DNA of 61,397 nt from a virus. Taxonomy: Duplodnaviria > Caudoviricetes. The notes under the pieces were generated by a model. That model was not told the DNA's origin. It made no database searches and worked only from the letters and a program-made list of their open reading frames with translations. The stretch covers positions 1 to 61,397 of IMG/VR virus record IMGVR_UViG_3300042566_000075; one strand, given 5' to 3'. The translations under genes and the position numbers were made by a program. Below, one piece after another: positions 53,930 through 61,212 of this stretch (its first letter is position 1; each line of letters begins with the position of its first letter).

Positions 53930-54130
53930 ATGAATAATACAAGAGAACTTCGCGCATTCCTAGTCGAACAGATGCAGGGTGTAGCTTCGGGTAAGGTCAA
54001 CAGTGAGAAGGCCAAGTCCATTTCCAACCTGTCACAGCAAATCTACAACACCATTAACATCGAAGTGAAGATGGCGTTGTCGAAGGCAAAGCTGAATGGG
54101 CAAAGCCTAGATGCTGTCGAGTTCAATTGA
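53930..54130 (+). CDS. hypothetical protein (66 aa)
   Basis: AAGGAGTAAAC RBS. Confidence 0.75.
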   Translation: MNNTRELRAFLVEQMQGVASGKVNSEKAKSISNLSQQIYNTINIEVKMALSKAKLNGQSLDAVEFN

Positions 54131-54812
54131 CCTAACAGCACTTCCTGATGACCTCGTCCGTCAACTGGAACGCACCGTCACAGACTACGAGCGTAAGCAG
54201 AATAAGCTACGCTCATGGCAAGAGGTGCTTGACCACGGGACGGACGAGGAAATCATGGAGAAAGCGCAGGAGGAGTGCGACAAGGGCGCACCCATTACCT
54301 TTGCACGGAACTACCCTAGGATTGGCTGGCCGTTAATGACAGACCTAGCCCGTGAGATTGTCCCGTACAATATGCGAGACCATCCGCGCAGACCCGTCAT
54401 CATGAAGGGTGCAATAGAAATCTGCTACAGGAGGTTTTCGCTATCAGAGGGCCGCAACGCACCAAACGGCTGGGTAATCCGTGTCTTTGAACGGGCAATG
54501 CGTATGAGCAAGAAGACGCTCATCGAGTGGCAGGAAATATCAGACTTCGCTAGTGAGCTAGCAACTAAGATTGCTAACCGGCATTACGGAGTAACCTACC
54601 ACTTTTGGGACTATACCAGACCCCGAAGGTATGAAGCCCGTCGAGATGAACAATTAGTTTTGATGAGCGGACGCTGGGTTAGCCTACCGCACGAACAATA
54701 TAGAAACGTGCAGATGTTCCAAAAGGTAATCCGCAAGACAGAGAAGCTGGAAGACCGACTGGCACTACTACGCGCAGCAAGGAAAGAACGAGCCGATGGC
54801 AGCAACACCTGA
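54111..54812 (+). CDS. hypothetical protein (233 aa)
   Basis: Long ORF overlapping both neighbours. Confidence 0.7.
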   Translation: MLSSSIDLTALPDDLVRQLERTVTDYERKQNKLRSWQEVLDHGTDEEIMEKAQEECDKGAPITFARNYPRIGWPLMTDLAREIVPYNMRDHPRRPVIMKGAIEICYRRFSLSEGRNAPNGWVIRVFERAMRMSKKTLIEWQEISDFASELATKIANRHYGVTYHFWDYTRPRRYEARRDEQLVLMSGRWVSLPHEQYRNVQMFQKVIRKTEKLEDRLALLRAARKERADGSNT

Positions 54813-55101
54813 GAAGAAAGTGAAGGATAAGGTTAAGTCCATCCTCACTGCACACGAGACATATTTTTTTCTACCCGCAACCCACGGCTTTGGCCGTAGC
54901 GGTGTCCCCGACATTGTAGCCTGTGTGAACGGTTGGTTCCTTGCGATTGAGTGCAAGGCAAACGGTGGTAAGACTACTGCCCTACAGGTGCGCGAGATTG
55001 AAGCGATACGCAGGTCTAACGGCGTAGCCGTAGTAGTAGACGAGACGAACTACGACATGCTCCCTGACCTCATCAAAAAACTGAAAGGGGAAACACGGTG
55101 A
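54796..55101 (+). CDS. VRR-NUC domain nuclease (Holliday junction resolvase-like)
   Basis: TPEKKVK, GVPDIV, AIECKA and TALQ motifs. Confidence 0.88.
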   Translation: MAATPEKKVKDKVKSILTAHETYFFLPATHGFGRSGVPDIVACVNGWFLAIECKANGGKTTALQVREIEAIRRSNGVAVVVDETNYDMLPDLIKKLKGETR

Positions 55102-55394
55102 ACCAAGGTGTAGAGCTTTTACTCCAGCGGATGGATAGCCACCCTGAAGAGTTTAACACACACAACCCAGACAAGCGCGTCCGCGAGAAGTGGCACTGGG
55201 TGACGGGGCCGATTAAGACGCGGATGGACTTTATGAATAGGAACCCAGACGACGACCCAGTGATGCACTTCGAGTCCCTTGGGTTCCTGACAGACCGCGA
55301 AATCCTCATGCTTCATGATAAGTATATGAGCATCCAAGGAGACAGCTTCAGTCGCAGGGTTATGGCTACGCTACTAACAGATGGCGAAGCCTAA
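55098..55394 (+). CDS. hypothetical protein
   Basis: GTGA overlap, 98 aa. Confidence 0.7.
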   Translation: MNQGVELLLQRMDSHPEEFNTHNPDKRVREKWHWVTGPIKTRMDFMNRNPDDDPVMHFESLGFLTDREILMLHDKYMSIQGDSFSRRVMATLLTDGEA

Positions 55395-55436
55395 CAGAGT
55401 TAGGTGTGGATACTATCATAGGAAGGAGCAGAGGCG

Positions 55437-55712
55437 ATGAACGAGGAATATATTGAAGTCCTTAAGGCTATCAAAGGTGTAGGGGCAACGCTGGCCCGCC
55501 GTATACCGAAGGAGCTAGAGCGGCAGGGGCTGACCATCTACAAGAAGAAAGTTTTTGTGAACGGTCGCCGTCCCAACAGCAGCCAGCCTATGACCCCAGA
55601 GCTACGCGCTGCTATACTTGAATATTTTGAAGGTGACCCTGAGGTTACGCAGCAGGAGATAGCCAACATGTTTAACGTGAACATTGGGCGCGTGAACGAG
55701 GTGCTCTCGTGA
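55437..55712 (+). CDS. HTH protein
   Basis: TQQEIANMFNVNIGRVNEVL. GGAAGGAGCA RBS. Confidence 0.75.
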   Translation: MNEEYIEVLKAIKGVGATLARRIPKELERQGLTIYKKKVFVNGRRPNSSQPMTPELRAAILEYFEGDPEVTQQEIANMFNVNIGRVNEVLS

Positions 55713-56035
55713 CAAGATACAAAGGCATAACCCAAGGCGACCAAGATATCATCAAGACTATCGGCTACATAACGGACGATAGATACATCGCGTCTTATCA
55801 TGGTGTGGATGTGCGGCGCGTCACCGCCCTACGCAAGCAGGTAGACGAACACAAAGCCAAGGAGGCGAAGGCAATACACGTTAGCCAGAAGAACGCACCT
55901 TCAGGTTTGCACAGCGACTCCGAGCGCAAGTGGAATGCCGATGCCAAGGAAGGCTCGACTAAACTACGCGACGCACTGTTTGCGTTCTTTGAGAAGCGGA
56001 TGCTGGAGAAAGCAGGATTGGAGAAGGGGCAATGA
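55709..56035 (+). CDS. hypothetical protein, possible HTH
   Basis: DRYIASYHGVDVRRVTALRK. GTGA overlap. Confidence 0.65.
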   Translation: MTRYKGITQGDQDIIKTIGYITDDRYIASYHGVDVRRVTALRKQVDEHKAKEAKAIHVSQKNAPSGLHSDSERKWNADAKEGSTKLRDALFAFFEKRMLEKAGLEKGQ

Positions 56036-56190
56036 ATAACCTAAAGTCTGTAGTGCATTTGCATTTACCGAAAGTGTTTTCGTTTCGGATAATGACGAAG
56101 CTCTTTGACAACGGCGATGCGGCAATCGTGTTCTCACTACAGGTGTGGCGGGGCGGTGTGTCGTTAACGATGATGCTGCAAGCGAAATAG
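56032..56190 (+). CDS. 52-aa hypothetical protein (not in ORF track)
   Basis: ATGA overlap with the upstream gene, fills the gap. Confidence 0.5.
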   Translation: MNNLKSVVHLHLPKVFSFRIMTKLFDNGDAAIVFSLQVWRGGVSLTMMLQAK

Positions 56191-56198
56191 GAAAGAAA

Positions 56199-56276
56199 AT
56201 GACCCTGCGCCAATTCCTGTTCGATAATTTCGGCTGGGATATTTATGATTGGAGTGAAGATGACATTCGGTTCTAA
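56199..56276 (+). CDS. 25-aa aromatic/acidic micropeptide MTLRQFLFDNFGWDIYDWSEDDIRF
   Basis: AGGA RBS, fills the gap before 56260. Confidence 0.45.
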   Translation: MTLRQFLFDNFGWDIYDWSEDDIRF

Positions 56277-56460
56277 CGTGCGCAAGTCGAAGTACGGCCT
56301 CAACGCGATGGCGGTGGGCGAGGTTAAGATATTCGATACACCAGCGAAGCGGGACAGAGACCTAATCCGCCGCGCTGCGCATAACCAAAACATACGGTCA
56401 GAGCGCTACTACATAACCCGCGCTGTGGGCGACACCATTCATGTAACAAGGGTACGCTAA
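56260..56460 (+). CDS. small basic protein (SKY..M.VGE type)
   Basis: GGAG RBS before ATG 56260. TAATG coupling to the polymerase. Confidence 0.65.
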   Translation: MTFGSNVRKSKYGLNAMAVGEVKIFDTPAKRDRDLIRRAAHNQNIRSERYYITRAVGDTIHVTRVR

Positions 56461-58277
56461 TGACGATACTGACAATCGACTTCGAGACCTATTACGACCG
56501 GACCTACTCGCTCTCCAAGGTAACAACGGAGGAGTATATCCGTGATGAGTTGTTTGAGGTTATCGGCGTATCAGTAAAGACAGACGATGGACCAGCGCAA
56601 TGGTTCTCCGGCCCGAAGGAAGCTACAAAGAAGTGGCTTTCGCAATTTGCGTGGGACGAGGCGACCGCCGTAGCGCACAACGCTGTGTTCGACATGGCTA
56701 TTCTTAACTGGATATTCAACATCCGACCCAAGCGCATAGTGGATACGCTGTCTATGGCCCGTGCCAAACATGGCACATCTGTGGGTGGCAGCCTAAAAGC
56801 TTTAGCCGAGCATTATAAGCTAGGGGTGAAGGGCAACGAGGTCATAAACGCCCTTGGTAAAGGCCGACTGGACTTCACGTCAGACGAGCTATCCCGTTAT
56901 GCAGAGTATTGTGTGAACGACACGGAGCTTACCTATAAGCTTTTCGAGTGCCTTGCGGTGGACTTCCCTGTGACTGAACTGCGGCTCATAGACTTGACGC
57001 TACGCATGTTCACTGAACCCACGTTAGGGGTAGCTTACTACCCACTGGTCGAGCATCTTAGTAGGGTGCGTGAAGCCAAAGTACAGCTGATGGAGCAGAT
57101 AAACGCTGACCGCGAACAGTTGATGAGCAATCCAAAGTTTGCAGAAATATTGACCGAACTAGGTGTAGCGCCACCGATGAAGATTAGCCCCGCTACAGGT
57201 AAAGAAACCTATGCCTTTGCTAAGAGTGACGAGGAGTTCAAGGCTCTACTTGAGCATGAAGACCCACGAGTTCAGGCGCTTGTTGCTGCGCGGCTAGGTG
57301 TAAAGTCTACGCTGGAAGAGACAAGGACCGAACGGTTCATGGGCATCTCGACACGGGGGCCGCTACCCATCCCCCTGCGCTACTATGCAGCACACACTGG
57401 ACGCTGGGGTGGGGACGATAAGGTGAACATGCAGAACCTGCCCCGCAGCTCGCCCCTCAAAGACTGCATCTACGCACCTCCAAACCACCTGCTTGTTGAT
57501 AGCGACTCCTCGCAGATTGAAGCGCGTACACTTGCGTGGTTGGCAGGGCAGAACGACCTTGTTGACGCCTTCGAAAAAGGCGAGGACGTTTATAAGATTA
57601 TGGCCTCCTCCATATATGGCGTTGACCGCGAGGCTGTGACCAAGGACCAGCGGTTCGTAGGTAAGACAACCATTCTTGGTGCAGGGTACGGCATGGGGCC
57701 TAAAAAGTTCCGCATCCAGCTTAAGGCAATGGGTGTGGACCTACCGCAAAGTGAATGCGACCGCATCATCAGAGTTTATCGGGAGACTTACCCTAAAATC
57801 CCAGAGTTATGGCGTGAGGCTGGCGAGGCGCTCGACGCCATTGCTAACAACCAGACAGCCCCACTTGGGCTTGACGGAGTTGTGCAGGTTGAAGGGTACA
57901 AAGGCATCCGGCTACCCAACGGACTACACCTCAAGTACCCGAACCTTCGGTGGGTGTTTACCGATGGTAAGCAAGAGATGGTTTACGACCAGAAGAGGGG
58001 CAAAGCGCTAATACCTAACCGCATATACGGTGGGAAGCTCATCGAGAACGTGTGTCAGGCTCTCGCCCGTATCGTGATTGGCGAACAGATGTTGATGATT
58101 GCGCGTAAGTATCGTGTGGTCATGACGGTGCACGACGCTGTGGGCTGTATTGTCCCGACAGCAGAAGCAGAACGCGCTCAGGAGTTCGTAGAAATCTGCA
58201 TGCGCATACGCCCTAAGTGGGCACTGGGATTACCCTTGAATTGCGAGAGTAAGATAGGAGAAACGTATGGAGATTAA
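56460..58277 (+). CDS. polA: DNA polymerase family A with 3'-5' exonuclease
   Basis: IDFETY, AHNAVFD and YCVND exonuclease motifs; HTGR; DSSQIEAR (A); KTTILGAGYG (B); TVHD (C). Confidence 0.95.
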   Translation: MTILTIDFETYYDRTYSLSKVTTEEYIRDELFEVIGVSVKTDDGPAQWFSGPKEATKKWLSQFAWDEATAVAHNAVFDMAILNWIFNIRPKRIVDTLSMARAKHGTSVGGSLKALAEHYKLGVKGNEVINALGKGRLDFTSDELSRYAEYCVNDTELTYKLFECLAVDFPVTELRLIDLTLRMFTEPTLGVAYYPLVEHLSRVREAKVQLMEQINADREQLMSNPKFAEILTELGVAPPMKISPATGKETYAFAKSDEEFKALLEHEDPRVQALVAARLGVKSTLEETRTERFMGISTRGPLPIPLRYYAAHTGRWGGDDKVNMQNLPRSSPLKDCIYAPPNHLLVDSDSSQIEARTLAWLAGQNDLVDAFEKGEDVYKIMASSIYGVDREAVTKDQRFVGKTTILGAGYGMGPKKFRIQLKAMGVDLPQSECDRIIRVYRETYPKIPELWREAGEALDAIANNQTAPLGLDGVVQVEGYKGIRLPNGLHLKYPNLRWVFTDGKQEMVYDQKRGKALIPNRIYGGKLIENVCQALARIVIGEQMLMIARKYRVVMTVHDAVGCIVPTAEAERAQEFVEICMRIRPKWALGLPLNCESKIGETYGD

Positions 58278-58551
58278 AGGTATAAAAGGATACCGCGACA
58301 TGCACATGACGCCCAGCGCTGTGCCATCCGCTGAAGACTACCAAGAATGGTTAGACAGGCCGACAAACCGTAGGCGACCAAAGTTTGGCATTACACACCA
58401 AAAGGAAATGACTGGGGTTAAGTTACGCAGGGCGGCAATCATGCGTAAGCAAGGTGAAAGCTGGCAAGACTGTGCCAACGCTGTTGGGTTGTCTTCCGGT
58501 AGCAGCGTCAGGGCGTACTTCGAGTTTATGCCTCAACATTTACAACCGTAG
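58267..58551 (+). CDS. hypothetical protein, possible HTH
   Basis: GESWQDCANAVGLSSGSSVR. TAGGAG RBS. Confidence 0.65.
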   Translation: MEIKGIKGYRDMHMTPSAVPSAEDYQEWLDRPTNRRRPKFGITHQKEMTGVKLRRAAIMRKQGESWQDCANAVGLSSGSSVRAYFEFMPQHLQP

Positions 58552-58569
58552 GAAAGAAGGAGAATAGAA

Positions 58570-58758
58570 ATGGACCAGTTAGTAGCATTGATAACAATAG
58601 CAGCAATATTTGTACTGGTTTATGCCAGTTATCAGCTTGGTAAGGGGAGCGCGAACGGCGAGATACTCACCATCAAACGTGAGAACGAGCGGCTGAACAA
58701 GGAATTACACAGGCTGACTGACCGCGACGAGCGTGGTCGGTTTAAAAGGAGTAAGTAG
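58570..58758 (+). CDS. single-TM coiled-coil protein ending RDERGRF
   Basis: AAGGAG RBS, hydrophobic N-terminus. Confidence 0.7.
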   Translation: MDQLVALITIAAIFVLVYASYQLGKGSANGEILTIKRENERLNKELHRLTDRDERGRFKRSK

Positions 58759-58931
58759 TGCCAATAGTAAAACGGTCTAGACGAACATGGACGCCAGATA
58801 TGGATGCCGAATTGCTAAAGTATTACGAGCATGGCCTGAGGGCGGCGTACATAGCCGAACGAATGGGGCTTACGATTGCCTCCGTAGAGGGCCGCTACCA
58901 CAAACTAAAGAGAGCGAAAGCAAATGACTGA
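58758..58931 (+). CDS. 57-aa GcrA-like/Myb-like HTH protein (not in ORF track)
   Basis: WTPDMDAELLKYYEHGLRAAYIAERMGLTIASVEGRYHKL aligns by eye with the GcrA N-domain WT.....L..LW..GLSA.QIA..LG..TRNAVIGK.HRL. GTG start with AAGGAG RBS. Confidence 0.7.
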   Translation: MPIVKRSRRTWTPDMDAELLKYYEHGLRAAYIAERMGLTIASVEGRYHKLKRAKAND

Positions 58932-59685
58932 AGAGAAACGACCAAGCATTATGATTGCCACCCCGATGTACGGTGGCATGTGCACAGGACACTATGTGCA
59001 GGGCCTGCTTATGACCATGGCTAAGATGCGTGAGATTGGTGTTAATATAGCGTGGTGTCAGATTATGAACGAGAGCCTTATCACACGGGCACGTAACGAA
59101 CTGGCACGAGTATTCCTTGAGAGTGACCATGACTACCTGATGTTCATCGACGCTGACATTGGCTTTGACCAAGAGGCCATCGCGCACTTGCTGCTGGCCG
59201 ACAAGGATATCGTATGCGGTATCTACCCTAAGAAAGAAGTGAACTGGGATAGCGTGGAACGCGCTGCCAGCCTTGAAATCACCTCTAACCTTAAGGACTA
59301 TGCCGGAGCCTTTGTGTTCAACATGGTCGGGGGTGAAGACGTGCACAGCGACGAGACAGGCTGCATTGAAGTCCGCCATGGTGGCACAGGCTTCATGCTA
59401 ATCAAGCGGGGTGTGTTCGAGCATCTTATGCCCCACGTGCCGACTTATCGTACATCGTCGTTCCAAGACCCAGTGACCGGCGAGTATGACAAACCTTTGA
59501 CCCATGAGTTCTTCGCTACGTCAATCGACGAGAGCGGGGCACTGCTGTCGGAGGATTACCATTTTTGTGAACTGTGGCGCACCCACGGTGGCAAAATACA
59601 CGCCCATCCGTTCATCCAGTTGTACCATGTAGGCACATATGTGTTTGGTGGTGACATCCTAAAGAGCGGTGGCAATCTTAAATAA
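58924..59685 (+). CDS. GT-A fold glycosyltransferase-like protein (replication-module copy)
   Basis: IATPMYGG, ESLITRARN, YLMFIDAD, GTGFMLIKR.VFE and SEDY.FC motifs. Confidence 0.78.
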   Translation: MTEEKRPSIMIATPMYGGMCTGHYVQGLLMTMAKMREIGVNIAWCQIMNESLITRARNELARVFLESDHDYLMFIDADIGFDQEAIAHLLLADKDIVCGIYPKKEVNWDSVERAASLEITSNLKDYAGAFVFNMVGGEDVHSDETGCIEVRHGGTGFMLIKRGVFEHLMPHVPTYRTSSFQDPVTGEYDKPLTHEFFATSIDESGALLSEDYHFCELWRTHGGKIHAHPFIQLYHVGTYVFGGDILKSGGNLK

Positions 59686-59697
59686 GGAGCAAATGAA

Positions 59698-60231
59698 ATG
59701 AGTACGAGAAAGAAAGTCATAGGAGACAACGTTATAAAGTTGTTGAAAAAGGGTTACTCGCCCAAGGAAGTCACCGAGCGTATAGCGGTAAGCTACAACT
59801 ACGTATGGAAACTGAAGAAGGGTTTGGAGAAAGCGGCGCAGGAAGCATTCTCGTCTGAGGAAGTAGGTCTCTCCGAGGAGGCGCTTATTGAAGTGGCACT
59901 CGCAGCCTCGCAAGGTAAGGGTAAGCCTATGCCCACACCGAAACCCGAACCGGAAGTCAGTGGAGTGGGTAAGGTGCTAGACGCAAGGGCGGAACAGTAC
60001 GGTTCGTTCATGCAGTCTGCGGATACGGTTGTCAGAATTAAGAGCATCATGCACAATGCGGTAGCTCGTAACGAAGTGCACCTGTACCCCGACCAGCTAC
60101 AGGCGTTGGATATGATTGCGACTAAGATAAGCCGTATCGTACATGGCAACCCAAACCACCTAGATAGCTGGATTGATATAGCTGGCTATGCTATGTTAGT
60201 AGCTGACCGTATCCAAGGGAAAATCAGATAG
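59698..60231 (+). CDS. N-terminal HTH plus DUF6378-like domain protein
   Basis: KGYSPKEVTERIAVSYNYVWK, then R..QYG...KISRI..G...HLDSWIDIAGYA. Confidence 0.7.
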   Translation: MSTRKKVIGDNVIKLLKKGYSPKEVTERIAVSYNYVWKLKKGLEKAAQEAFSSEEVGLSEEALIEVALAASQGKGKPMPTPKPEPEVSGVGKVLDARAEQYGSFMQSADTVVRIKSIMHNAVARNEVHLYPDQLQALDMIATKISRIVHGNPNHLDSWIDIAGYAMLVADRIQGKIR

Positions 60232-60232
60232 C

Positions 60233-60904
60233 ATGACAGCGTGGTCCTATAGCAGCATCAAGACCTTCGACCAGTGTCCGAAGAAGTACTTCCACCTCAA
60301 AGTGGTTAAGGACGTTAAGGATGAGCCGGGGGAAGCTGCTGACTATGGGACCGCCGTCCATGAAGCGGCAGAGCATTACGTCAAACACGGAATACCAATT
60401 CCGAACAAGTTTGCGTACATGAAGCCCATCGTAGAGTCGCTTGCGGAAATCAAAGGTGATAAGCACACAGAGTTAAAGCTCGGTGTCAGGAAGACGGATA
60501 CTGGCTACGAACCCTGCGGCTTCTTCGATAAGGATGTTTGGTGGAGGGGTATCGTTGACCTTGTTATCATCAACGGCGACAAGGCCCACATGGTTGACTA
60601 CAAAACCGGAAAGAACACCAAGTACGCAGACCCCAAGCAGCTTGACCTGATGGCTGGCGCGTTGTTCGTGCACTACCCAGAGCTTAAGACGGTTAAGTCT
60701 GCTCTAGCATATGTAGTAAGCAGTGAGTTTATACCAAAGGTTCACGTTGCTGAGCAGCGTGATGAATATCTAGCGACTTTCCGCGACGAGTTGGATAGAC
60801 TAGAACACGCCGAACTAAGTGGGGTCTGGAACCCCAAAAGTGGCCCTTTATGTGGCTGGTGCCCTGTGGTAGAATGCGAGCACCACCGCCCGAGGAGACG
60901 ATGA
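60233..60904 (+). CDS. PD-(D/E)XK exonuclease, Cas4/RecB-like
   Basis: WSYSS..F.QCP, GTAVHE, GIVDL, VDYKTG, QL.LMA and C..C....C motifs. Confidence 0.88.
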   Translation: MTAWSYSSIKTFDQCPKKYFHLKVVKDVKDEPGEAADYGTAVHEAAEHYVKHGIPIPNKFAYMKPIVESLAEIKGDKHTELKLGVRKTDTGYEPCGFFDKDVWWRGIVDLVIINGDKAHMVDYKTGKNTKYADPKQLDLMAGALFVHYPELKTVKSALAYVVSSEFIPKVHVAEQRDEYLATFRDELDRLEHAELSGVWNPKSGPLCGWCPVVECEHHRPRRR

Positions 60905-61188
60905 TGGCACGAGATTACAAACGCGAGTACGAGACGTACCAAGGCACTGAGCAGCAGAAGAAGAACCGTGCTTCTCGCAATGCAGCCCGTGCCAAGATGA
61001 TGAAGGCTGGCAAAGTCAGCAAGGGTGACGGGAAAGACGTTGCCCACGTAAAAGCATTTGACAAAGGCGGCAACAACAAGACAGGGCTGCGCGTTGAGAA
61101 CAAGTCGGCCAACCGCTCGTTCAAGCGGGACAGCAAGAAGAACCTAGTGTCTGAAACCAGTGCACGGGAACGCAAACGTAAGAAGTGA
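60901..61188 (+). CDS. small HNH-like protein, possibly degenerate
   Basis: RDYKREY...GDGKDVAH...GG.N...LRV....NRS. Confidence 0.65.
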   Translation: MMARDYKREYETYQGTEQQKKNRASRNAARAKMMKAGKVSKGDGKDVAHVKAFDKGGNNKTGLRVENKSANRSFKRDSKKNLVSETSARERKRKK

Positions 61189-61212
61189 CTTTATTAAGGT
61201 GGAAATACACCC

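Larger units (their letters stand above)
45578..55403. repeat. dispersed 13-bp palindrome CTAAC-N3-GTTAG, 19 copies
   Basis: Perfect: 46296, 46395, 46793, 46904, 47605, 48182, 48698, 49149, 49974, 51340, 52423, 53819, 55391. One mismatch: 45578, 46211, 47119, 49261, 50553, 51860. Confidence 0.92.

Noticed and set aside
52763-54130. Complete BrnT/BrnA toxin-antitoxin pair
   Set aside because: Neither flanking ORF resembles a roughly 90-aa BrnT RNase.
46296-55403. CTAAC-N3-GTTAG as N4-type virion RNA polymerase hairpin promoters or CtrA boxes
   Set aside because: The loop is variable and occurs in both orientations, no RNA polymerase gene was found, and spacing does not fit TTAA-N7-TTAA.
45578-60904. 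CRISPR array (palindromic repeats plus Cas4-like gene)
   Set aside because: Repeats are only 13 bp, irregularly spaced by about 85-1600 bp and often inside genes. The nuclease is a solo phage PD-(D/E)XK protein with no other cas genes.
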